From a virus (Duplodnaviria > Caudoviricetes), in IMG/VR virus record IMGVR_UViG_3300045996_002560, positions 1,774 through 65,773 of that record: a stretch of 64,000 bases of DNA; one strand, 5' to 3'. Below, one piece after another: positions 57,472 through 64,000 of the stretch; the stretch's first letter is position 1; the number at the start of each line of letters is the position of its first letter. The notes beneath the pieces were generated by a model. That model did no database searches and was not told the DNA's origin. It saw only the letters and a list, made by a program, of their open reading frames with translations. The position numbers and the translations under genes are program-made.

Positions 57472-57670
57472 TGATTTCGTGGCGGAGCAATTAGGCACCC
57501 ACAAGGAAGGCATCGTTGCCAGGGTGTTGCTGGATAAGGCGTTTGACCTTGCCCTGATCATCAACGGCGATGGCAACACTGCCCTCGCCGCGCTGCTCTC
57601 GGAAGTGTCGAACTTGGCAATGGTCAGTGGATTAAGGGAGATGAAGTTTCGTGGACAAAGACCGAATTAA
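57446..57670 (+). CDS. Hypothetical protein
   Basis: GTG start after GGGGA; overlaps primase end. Confidence 0.55.
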   Translation: MELLVKELDDFVAEQLGTHKEGIVARVLLDKAFDLALIINGDGNTALAALLSEVSNLAMVSGLREMKFRGQRPN

Positions 57671-57815
57671 AGAACTGGAACAGCGCATTATTCGATTAGA
57701 GCGTCTGCTCAACGTTCGCCAGCCGGAGAAGCCCGGTAAGTGTTTGCAGTGTGGCTATGACATTAATCGACCATGGAGGTGCTCTCGTGCAGATTGTATC
57801 CGGCTCTTTAAGTAG
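57651..57815 (+). CDS. Small coiled-coil plus Cys4 zinc-binding protein (54 aa, not in ORF track)
   Basis: MDKDRIKELEQRIIRLE...CLQCG...CSRADC. Confidence 0.6.
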   Translation: MDKDRIKELEQRIIRLERLLNVRQPEKPGKCLQCGYDINRPWRCSRADCIRLFK

Positions 57816-57984
57816 ACAACAAGAGACCGCTTTGGTTGCCGAGTTTCTCGGCGGGGTGGTCGAGGCGCAGGGGAACGGACTGTACAAGATCCGTTTCCCC
57901 TCTGAGGGGGACGAGTATTGGTTGCCTCCCTACACCACCGCGCTGTGGCGACGTCTGGTCTACGTGGCGCTGATGCAAGAATAA
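57787..57984 (+). CDS. Hypothetical protein
   Basis: RBS GGAGG before GTG. Confidence 0.5.
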   Translation: MQIVSGSLSRQQETALVAEFLGGVVEAQGNGLYKIRFPSEGDEYWLPPYTTALWRRLVYVALMQE

Positions 57985-57989
57985 GTTAC

Positions 57990-58145
57990 CCACAGGCAAA
58001 ACGAAAAAATTGGCCGCGCAAAAAATGGGGGATGATAAGCGGCCTAACCCCTTGCTACAGCATAGAAAATCATCCCCCCCTTCTACAACACCTGCCCTCT
58101 AACCACGGTTATAGTGATCATAGTTAGTAGATGAGCTACTAACGA
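57990..58145. other. Non-coding region with A-tracts and inverted repeats; candidate genome end/packaging site
   Basis: GGGGGATGAT (58027-58036) / ATCATCCCCC (58069-58078); A-tracts; hairpin 58123-58143. Confidence 0.4.
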
Positions 58146-58280
58146 GGTGGTAGAGGAGTGCTTAAGGTAAGCAGTCAAGGTATAGTCACATCTTCCTAGC
58201 TCAAGCCTAGCTTGGACCAAGAGGAGAACTGTGACCAACGCCTACCTGCTTAAGTTAAGCAAATCACAAGGAATTCTAAG

Positions 58281-58916
58281 ATGCCCGAGATTGCGATGGT
58301 CCACTCGATCGACAACGTGAAGATCGAAAAGTTCTTCGTGGCGTACGCCACCAAGGCCAACAACGTGATGTACAACGCAGTTGCCAATGCCACTGCGGCG
58401 ATCCTCAACATGACACCCAAGAAGCTCAAGATCCTGAGGGAGAACCTGGTCTACAAGCATGGCGCGCCGAAAGGCACGATCGATCACGCGTTCGCGATCG
58501 CGAAGAACCTGGCTCCTCTGTGCGAGCAGGGTGCCAAGGATGCGTCTAACCATGAGGACGCTATTCGCTCGATCATGACGTACCTGTGCCAGCGCAAGGG
58601 TGACGTGCTGCTGACGTCGGGCAAGATCGAGCGTGGCGAGGAAAGCCTGTCCTGGGCCAGCCTCAAGGCGGACCTGTCCCCGGACAGCAACAAGGGCAAG
58701 GCTGCTGCTGATCCCAAGCCGGGCGAGGTGGTCGAGGTCGAGGTCCCTGCAACCGAGACACCCGCATCCGACGTCCCCTTCGTTCCGGTCACGGCACTGG
58801 AGGCCATCCTCGCCTCCCTGCCTTCGCTGTCGACCGAGGATCTCAACATCCTCCTGGATGAGGTGTCCCGTGCGGTGCTGGCTAGGGACAGCCACGTCCT
58901 GGCCGCAGCCGCTTAA
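58281..58916 (+). CDS. Hypothetical early protein
   Basis: RBS AAGGA; strongly biased codons; flanked by palindromes. Confidence 0.8.
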   Translation: MPEIAMVHSIDNVKIEKFFVAYATKANNVMYNAVANATAAILNMTPKKLKILRENLVYKHGAPKGTIDHAFAIAKNLAPLCEQGAKDASNHEDAIRSIMTYLCQRKGDVLLTSGKIERGEESLSWASLKADLSPDSNKGKAAADPKPGEVVEVEVPATETPASDVPFVPVTALEAILASLPSLSTEDLNILLDEVSRAVLARDSHVLAAAA

Positions 58917-58977
58917 CTTAAGCAAACCTCTACCAAGGGGGCGGCCGATGCAGCCGCCCCCACCTGGAGCCCTCGCC

Positions 58978-59142
58978 GTGCCTAACTTCCCCTTGACCAC
59001 GATCGCAGCCTACTTGGCCTTGGGCGTTCTCCTGCTGACCACCTTCGTCAGCGTGCCGGACTTCCCAAAACTCCTAGGGGCCGCGCTAACCGGAATTTGG
59101 ACCGTTGGCGCAACCTTGATTTTTTGGGGAAATTCCCAATGA
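58978..59142 (+). CDS. Small two-TM protein
   Basis: GGAG then GTG; ATGA overlap with next gene. Confidence 0.55.
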   Translation: MPNFPLTTIAAYLALGVLLLTTFVSVPDFPKLLGAALTGIWTVGATLIFWGNSQ

Positions 59143-59369
59143 ACACGTTCGATCAGATAGCAGCGGTCGCACATGCCAGATGCGACAACGAACTTTCCCT
59201 GACCCTGGCAGCGCTCGCCAAGAACCGAGACGAGCGCATCCTGGCCATTGACGCGGTGACACAATCGCACATGGCACGTGCGATCAAGATCATGGAAGCC
59301 GGTGGCTTCACCCAGCAACAGATCGCCACCCTGTTCTACGGGCTGGCGGACAAATATGCGGTGCACTGA
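59139..59369 (+). CDS. Hypothetical protein
   Basis: Coupled to neighbours. Confidence 0.6.
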   Translation: MNTFDQIAAVAHARCDNELSLTLAALAKNRDERILAIDAVTQSHMARAIKIMEAGGFTQQQIATLFYGLADKYAVH

Positions 59370-59563
59370 TGACCACACTTGATGAGCTGTTTGACTATTG
59401 GTGCGAATGGAACCGTACCGACAAGGTGGAGCGGTTCGGTCAATATGTGATCAACCGGTGGGGGCTCGAGATGGGCGAATACCCACGCATCTACTACCAG
59501 GAGAACCCGATTGCCGCCTTCCACATGCTCTGTGATGTCGTTCAGGGCATTTACCGCCCTTAG
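59369..59563 (+). CDS. Hypothetical protein
   Basis: RFGQY..N...P.IYY motif; TGATG coupling. Confidence 0.65.
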   Translation: MTTLDELFDYWCEWNRTDKVERFGQYVINRWGLEMGEYPRIYYQENPIAAFHMLCDVVQGIYRP

Positions 59564-59634
59564 ACATGTGCGGACGCGTCCGCGGTCTTTGGGTTGGCCG
59601 CTGGAACGTGGTACCACTAAGCTGGAGTAATGTG

Positions 59635-59799
59635 ATGCACGCTGTCGAATATGTGGTCTACAACTGCATAAACCATATGTGGGGTGAACATGTGTTCGAC
59701 CACTATTACAACGAGTCCGCGTTCTACGACTTTCGGCCCTCTGAGTGCTACTGGATCGTATCCGGTCCATTCCCCTGGCTTAAGAGCCACCTGTACTAG
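59635..59799 (+). CDS. Small aromatic-rich hypothetical protein
   Basis: RBS GGAG. Confidence 0.5.
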   Translation: MHAVEYVVYNCINHMWGEHVFDHYYNESAFYDFRPSECYWIVSGPFPWLKSHLY

Positions 59800-59851
59800 G
59801 GCGGAGCTATGTCCGCCTTCCAACCGCTTAACTTAAGCAACGGAGCGTGTG

Positions 59852-60034
59852 ATGTCAGACCCGCAGTTGTGGCAACGGAGCGAGCATCCGTTGCATGTGA
59901 GCAGCATCCAGCGAAAGGAGGCATGGCAAGAGGAAATTCGAAAGCTGACCGTCAATTCGCTTGCAACGGCACAACGTCGGGCCGAGCATAAGCGTCGTGG
60001 TGGTCGCACTCTCTATCCAACCATGGGAAGTTGA
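59852..60034 (+). CDS. Small basic hypothetical protein
   Basis: RBS GGAG just after palindrome. Confidence 0.5.
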   Translation: MSDPQLWQRSEHPLHVSSIQRKEAWQEEIRKLTVNSLATAQRRAEHKRRGGRTLYPTMGS

Positions 60035-60035
60035 A

Positions 60036-60167
60036 ATGACCAACAGGCAAATCGTTACCTGGTCGATTGTGGCCAGTGCATTTATGGCTCTATCGTATCT
60101 CGCAGCCTTTCTGTCATTCGTGGCATTGGTCACATGGGTGGTCAAGCGCGTCTGGCTAGGAGTATGA
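60036..60167 (+). CDS. Small TM protein, paralog 1
   Basis: MTNRQ...YLA..LS.VAL..WVVKRVWLGV. Confidence 0.6.
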   Translation: MTNRQIVTWSIVASAFMALSYLAAFLSFVALVTWVVKRVWLGV

Positions 60168-60371
60168 ACATGCCTATCAAACCATGGGAAGTTGAAATGC
60201 GCCTTCCAAGACTAGGTTCCAAGTCCGTCCTAGCCCTGTATTTATTGGGGGCTGTGAGTATCACTCTAGCCTACCTCGCAACCATTCTGTCAATCGTGGC
60301 CTTGATCGCATGGGTGATCGCACGGGTGGTCAAGCTCGTTTGGCTAGGAGTATGAACATGCCTATCAAACC
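60153..60371 (+). repeat. 31-bp direct repeat (60153-60183, 60341-60371) from tandem duplication
   Basis: TGGCTAGGAGTATGAACATGCCTATCAAACC occurs twice. Confidence 0.9.
60197..60355 (+). CDS. Small TM protein, paralog 2
   Basis: MRLPR...YLA..LS.VAL..WV...VVKLVWLGV. Confidence 0.6.
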   Translation: MRLPRLGSKSVLALYLLGAVSITLAYLATILSIVALIAWVIARVVKLVWLGV

Positions 60372-60555
60372 GGGTGATGAGTTTATGGGCGATTGATCGA
60401 TAAGCTTGCCCTATCGAAACAAAGAAATCTCATAGGAGAATACGATGTCGACCAAGAAAAGCACCGATTTCTACGGTGACTGAATAAGAAACCGTGACTG
60501 CGTCGAGAAATTCGGGGCTCCACCCTAAAAAACATAACACAAGGAGTCCGAGAAG

Positions 60556-60696
60556 ATGAGCAACACCGTCAAAAGAACCAAGACTGACAATGAATTCTAT
60601 CCCCGTCGTACCAGGGCAGAGGCAGCTAAAGTAATCGCGAAGATGCGAACTGACGGAAAGCGGTTCCTTCGCGTGGAGCTGCGCCAGTTCAACTAG
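60556..60696 (+). CDS. Small basic protein (46 aa)
   Basis: RBS AAGGAG; followed by hairpin 60705-60731. Confidence 0.55.
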   Translation: MSNTVKRTKTDNEFYPRRTRAEAAKVIAKMRTDGKRFLRVELRQFN

Positions 60697-60750
60697 TTAC
60701 CCCTGAGCCCGTCCCATGATGGGACGGGCTCCCACCCTAAGGAGTGAGTT

Positions 60751-60846
60751 ATGTTCTGGCTTTACGTCGGCATGGTCTACGCCGCCTTGTTGGTGGCAAT
60801 AGTCCATTTTGTTCATCAAGCGACCTACGGGGAGCCCGACGAATGA
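60751..60846 (+). CDS. 31-aa single-TM peptide
   Basis: RBS AAGGAG; MFWLYVGMVYAALLVAIV...; ATGA overlap. Confidence 0.5.
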   Translation: MFWLYVGMVYAALLVAIVHFVHQATYGEPDE

Positions 60847-60953
60847 TTATGTACATCGCGGAGTTCATCACAGCCACTGTCATGACGATCGTAGCTGTTG
60901 GGATGATGACAGCAGCCGTGCTGCCGCCGATCATGTACTGGTTTGGAAACTGA
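60843..60953 (+). CDS. 36-aa single-TM peptide
   Basis: RBS GGAG; hydrophobic. Confidence 0.5.
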   Translation: MIMYIAEFITATVMTIVAVGMMTAAVLPPIMYWFGN

Positions 60954-60995
60954 TCCGGCAGGATTCCCTGCGGGATAACCGAGGGGAGTTCTGCC

Positions 60996-61199
60996 ATGGA
61001 AGTTATCGGACTGGCTGCATGGATTGTTGCGGCGATCATCCTGTTTGTCGTAGGAGGTTATCTCCTGGTGTATCTCATCGTGATCGTCGCCATGCCTTTC
61101 GTCGCCATTTGGACAGGAATTCAGTGGGCCGTGAAGAGGTACAAGGGTAGGACTGAAAATGGACAACCTCGACGACCAGCTGCAAACCGTCAGCCGTGA
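60996..61199 (+). CDS. Small membrane protein
   Basis: RBS GGGGAG; long hydrophobic stretch. Confidence 0.6.
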   Translation: MEVIGLAAWIVAAIILFVVGGYLLVYLIVIVAMPFVAIWTGIQWAVKRYKGRTENGQPRRPAANRQP

Positions 61200-61365
61200 G
61201 CTGATTGCGCAGTCTGCCTTAACCCTCGAGCTGCTGAACATCATCAGGTGGTGTCAGCCCAAGCTGGCAGCAGAGGACAATCTCACCATCGCTCGGGGGC
61301 TCACCCGAGCTGTGCAGACGACCGCTCTGCTGAAGCAGCCAGCGGCGAGCCTGTCGGTTCACTAG
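61159..61365 (+). CDS. Hypothetical protein
   Basis: RBS AGGA; helical. Confidence 0.55.
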   Translation: MDNLDDQLQTVSRELIAQSALTLELLNIIRWCQPKLAAEDNLTIARGLTRAVQTTALLKQPAASLSVH

Positions 61366-61371
61366 CTCTAG

Positions 61372-61447
61372 ATCCCCATCGTCTACAGGACAGGACGCCT
61401 CCCCTCTCGGGGTGGAAACGTTGGTTCGAATCCAGCTGGGGATGCCA
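61372..61447 (+). tRNA. tRNA-Glu (CTC)-like with atypical anticodon arm
   Basis: ATCCCCA/TGGGGAT acceptor; Glu-type D arm GTCTA..GG..AGGAC; TTCGAAT; CCA end; 18-nt anticodon arm. Confidence 0.8.
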
Positions 61448-61470
61448 CCATCAAGTGTGAGGGGTGTGTC

Positions 61471-61821
61471 ATGAGTCTCTATGCCGAAGCCATCGCCATC
61501 TTTGGTGAACTGGATAAGGAATTCAATCCATATTCAGATGAGTTCAGGCAGAGCGTGTTCCACGAGTGGAGCAGTGATCGGGATTTGAACTCATGGATGT
61601 TGGCTGTCTTTCCCCGTGATTATGACGACATCGACCCTTACGTGGTCCCCATCACCACAGAGCTTCTGGACCGGCTTCAGCTGGCAATTCGGAAGCCAGT
61701 GGGGGCCGAGGACAACTGGACAGGTGATGAGTGGCGTTCAGCGGAGACCCTCAAATTCATTGAGGCAGCTCGTGTTGCCCTGAACTCGGGCAGGAACGTA
61801 TACTACATCGCAAGCTGGTAG
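61471..61821 (+). CDS. Hypothetical protein
   Basis: RBS GAGG; C-terminal VYYIASW typical of small phage proteins. Confidence 0.7.
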   Translation: MSLYAEAIAIFGELDKEFNPYSDEFRQSVFHEWSSDRDLNSWMLAVFPRDYDDIDPYVVPITTELLDRLQLAIRKPVGAEDNWTGDEWRSAETLKFIEAARVALNSGRNVYYIASW

Positions 61822-61928
61822 TTCCATGCTTAGTCAACTCCTGAGCTGGGCTCACCATCGTTACTGCGTGAGCTACTGGAGCCACGTGATAGCGACCAAC
61901 AAGATGTACAACCTGATTGAGATGTGAA

Positions 61929-62132
61929 ATGAAAGTAGCTGAGTTGATCGAGATCCTCACGACGCTCGACCCCAAGCTGGAGGTGCGTATCGCATCATCC
62001 AGCGAGGAGGAGATCGTTGAATTCGTCGAAGTTGAGACAAGGGCATATATCCGCCCCGGAGTGCCGCTTGGTATTGACAGCTTTGTTGACAAGCGGAACT
62101 GGATGACGAAGGACGTTGTTATTCTTTCCTAA
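61929..62132 (+). CDS. Hypothetical protein
   Basis: MKVAELIEIL..LDP..EV N-terminus common in phage ORFs. Confidence 0.7.
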   Translation: MKVAELIEILTTLDPKLEVRIASSSEEEIVEFVEVETRAYIRPGVPLGIDSFVDKRNWMTKDVVILS

Positions 62133-62143
62133 CGAGGTGTGAA

Positions 62144-62317
62144 ATGCCAACCAAACAATGGGTTGTCTGTGTAGAACGTCGGAACAATGAGAGGGTCTAC
62201 AAAGGGTTCTGGAGTCTGGAAGAGGCCTACGAAGCCGTCGTGCGGACGGCTCGAGTCTGGAGGCTGTCTCGAAAACCACGCATTTTTTACGGCTATCTGG
62301 ACGACCGCTGCTGGTAA
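62144..62317 (+). CDS. Hypothetical protein (57 aa, not in ORF track)
   Basis: RBS GAGGT; fills gap exactly. Confidence 0.55.
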   Translation: MPTKQWVVCVERRNNERVYKGFWSLEEAYEAVVRTARVWRLSRKPRIFYGYLDDRCW

Positions 62318-62328
62318 TGGAGTGTGAG

Positions 62329-62673
62329 ATGCCAAGCCTTTCCACGGACGCAAAGTTCGACAAGCTCATGGCCAACGGAATGGCCGCGGCTTTGGACTGG
62401 GACAATGAGTCCCGTGAGTCCTACCTAGGTGGACTTGCTCGTGAGGACCTAGTGTTGGAGCGCTGTGTCAAGCGCCGCTTCAAGCCACTACCTCATAATC
62501 CCTTCGCTCGGAAACAGCTTAACGTTAAGCGCATCCAGTACCAGCGAGTTGCTGGCGAGAAGGACGTCTACGGCATCTATCATGATGGCAAGTTTCTGCT
62601 CAAGGTACGAGCGAGCCAGCTGAGTAAGCGGGTGATCGTACAGATGCTGAAGGAGTACGGCTTCGATGTATAA
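62329..62673 (+). CDS. Hypothetical protein
   Basis: RBS GGAG; overlaps next gene. Confidence 0.65.
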   Translation: MPSLSTDAKFDKLMANGMAAALDWDNESRESYLGGLAREDLVLERCVKRRFKPLPHNPFARKQLNVKRIQYQRVAGEKDVYGIYHDGKFLLKVRASQLSKRVIVQMLKEYGFDV

Positions 62674-63007
62674 AGACGTAGCCGAGGTTCTTGAAGGTGC
62701 ATTTCTCTGGGCTGAGAGCCGTCAGGGTATGGATTTCTGGCTAGCAGTGTGGGAGGCGTTTAATGCGTTGGATGACCTGGACGTCATCGGTGACTTCATC
62801 CTGAGGGCAGCGAACACTTATTCGTGGGACGACGACATCACCACCGAATACAAGGGTCAACCAGTCTTTACGGACCTTTTCAACCATCCAGAGGGAGCAC
62901 ACCACTGGTGGTATGTGTCCTTCGTCAGCGCTTTCAGGTACCCCGAAAAGTTTGACCGGTACATTGACGACATGATCCAGGAGCTGTCTGAAGGAGTGTG
63001 GCTGTGA
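62666..63007 (+). CDS. Hypothetical protein, paralog family A
   Basis: AFLWAESRQGMDFW; close match to next ORF. Confidence 0.75.
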   Translation: MYKDVAEVLEGAFLWAESRQGMDFWLAVWEAFNALDDLDVIGDFILRAANTYSWDDDITTEYKGQPVFTDLFNHPEGAHHWWYVSFVSAFRYPEKFDRYIDDMIQELSEGVWL

Positions 63008-63354
63008 CGTATGATTATAAGGACGTCGCAAACTCCCTTGCCGAGGCATTTCTCTGGCGTGAGAGCCGTCAAGGTGTGGACTTCTGGGAGAAAGTAGCGG
63101 AAGCGTTTAGATCGTTGGATGATCTGGAAGTCATTGCCGATTTCATTTTGAGAGCGGCCAATGAGCATCCCTGGAGTAACGACATCACCACTGTGATTGA
63201 TGGTCGCACGGCTCTTACGGGCTTCTTCAACCATCCGGAAGGGGTCCGGCATGATTGGTACCTGTCTCTTGTCTGTGCCTTCATGACCAAGCGGTTTGAC
63301 GAGTACATCGACGACATGATCCGAGAGTTGAGGGTGCGAGATGATACAGCCTGA
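62998..63354 (+). CDS. Hypothetical protein, paralog family A
   Basis: AFLWRESRQGVDFW; close match to previous ORF. Confidence 0.75.
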   Translation: MAVTYDYKDVANSLAEAFLWRESRQGVDFWEKVAEAFRSLDDLEVIADFILRAANEHPWSNDITTVIDGRTALTGFFNHPEGVRHDWYLSLVCAFMTKRFDEYIDDMIRELRVRDDTA

Positions 63355-63709
63355 CAAGACGCTAGCGAGGCTCGTTGACCAAGCGCTCAGCTGGTATCCC
63401 ACCAAGCAGGGGGCTGAGTTTTGGGGCAAGGTCTACGATTATTTCTACGAAATGGCCTATTACAGCGATGCACGGCCAGGCAGTTTGAAGGGTTTATGGG
63501 AAGAGAACCTCTGGCGTTATGATCTCAGAGACCCGACGAAAGAGAGTGTTTTCCACATCGACAGGTTACCAGAGATGGTGAAGTACATCCAGGACGCACA
63601 CGGCCCTCTCACGAAGGAGGAGCCGTTCTGGTACTACCTACACGCAGCATTCGAGCACCCAGGGTTCTTTGACGCCTTCATTGAGAAGGCTTTCACCAGT
63701 CTCGAGTGA
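63341..63709 (+). CDS. Hypothetical protein, distant paralog family A
   Basis: ALSWYPTKQGAEFW and WY...AF..P..FD.FI. Confidence 0.65.
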   Translation: MIQPDKTLARLVDQALSWYPTKQGAEFWGKVYDYFYEMAYYSDARPGSLKGLWEENLWRYDLRDPTKESVFHIDRLPEMVKYIQDAHGPLTKEEPFWYYLHAAFEHPGFFDAFIEKAFTSLE

Positions 63710-63838
63710 TCCACCGGTATGTGGGGAAGTGGCCAAAGGCCCAGCACCATCGGTACCATCGGGTTGCTCGATCGAGAAATCGACCTTTTTTCCCTTGAAA
63801 CCCTCAGAGAGAATAACCACATGAAGCCTACCTAGTGC

Positions 63839-63918
63839 GCTTCTCTATACTCTCTTCTTTTTTTCTTTCTTTTCCTCCTAGGGAAGGGAAGTCCAGCGGG
63901 GGGGGGTCCGGGGGGGGG
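63839..63918. other. Polypyrimidine tract followed by G-runs
   Basis: ~40-nt C/T-rich tract then GGGAAGGGAA...G9-TCC-G9. Confidence 0.7.
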
Positions 63919-64000
63919 TGTAAACTTTCCTTGACACTTTCTCTCTCCAGCAACAGCTGGCACCCACTGGTCCACAAAAAATTTCCTTACTCGTGCGTTA

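Larger units (their letters stand above)
58160..59838. promoter_or_regulatory. Four copies of palindrome GCTTAAnTTAAGC (58160, 58248, 58911, 59826)
   Basis: All lie at intergenic positions or gene ends; first copy has one mismatch. Confidence 0.65.

Noticed and set aside
58160-59838. CtrA boxes
   Set aside because: CtrA consensus is TTAA-N7-TTAA; these have a 1-bp spacer.
60019-60371. Mini CRISPR array
   Set aside because: Only two 31-bp copies, 188 bp apart; the intervening DNA is a paralogous ORF; no cas genes.
63709-63785. Third tRNA (AGTGGCCAAAGGC resembles a D-loop)
   Set aside because: No T-loop consensus, acceptor stem or CCA end could be built.

Overview
This window is most of the genome of a long-tailed (siphovirus-type) dsDNA phage. 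It is probably lytic (no integrase or CI-type repressor seen) and probably infects an alphaproteobacterium (inference from GC-rich coding, class II RNR and gene content). The + strand 1-18.4 kb carries replication, recombination and nucleotide-metabolism genes (helicase, MTase, 5'-exonuclease, PolA, RecU-like, DEDD exonuclease, SbcCD-like, ThyX, HD, DUF5664, MazG, NrdJ), a MotA/TolQ/ExbB-like three-gene membrane module and tRNA-Trp. The - strand 18.4-54.4 kb carries terminase, portal, head, lambda-like tail, lysis genes, three beta-helix spike genes and two Calx-beta/GH26-like hydrolases. The + strand 54.5-64 kb carries a primase-helicase, a probable genome-end region and many small early genes. 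The top finding is a stand-alone homolog of the ETR1-type ethylene/Cu(I)-binding domain (46444-46797), translationally coupled to two holin-like membrane genes. Also notable are direct repeats and a remnant spike start suggesting cassette exchange, a tRNA-Glu with an expanded anticodon arm, a structured RNA candidate, and repeated palindromic operator-like sites. All calls come from reading motifs by eye; no database searches were run.
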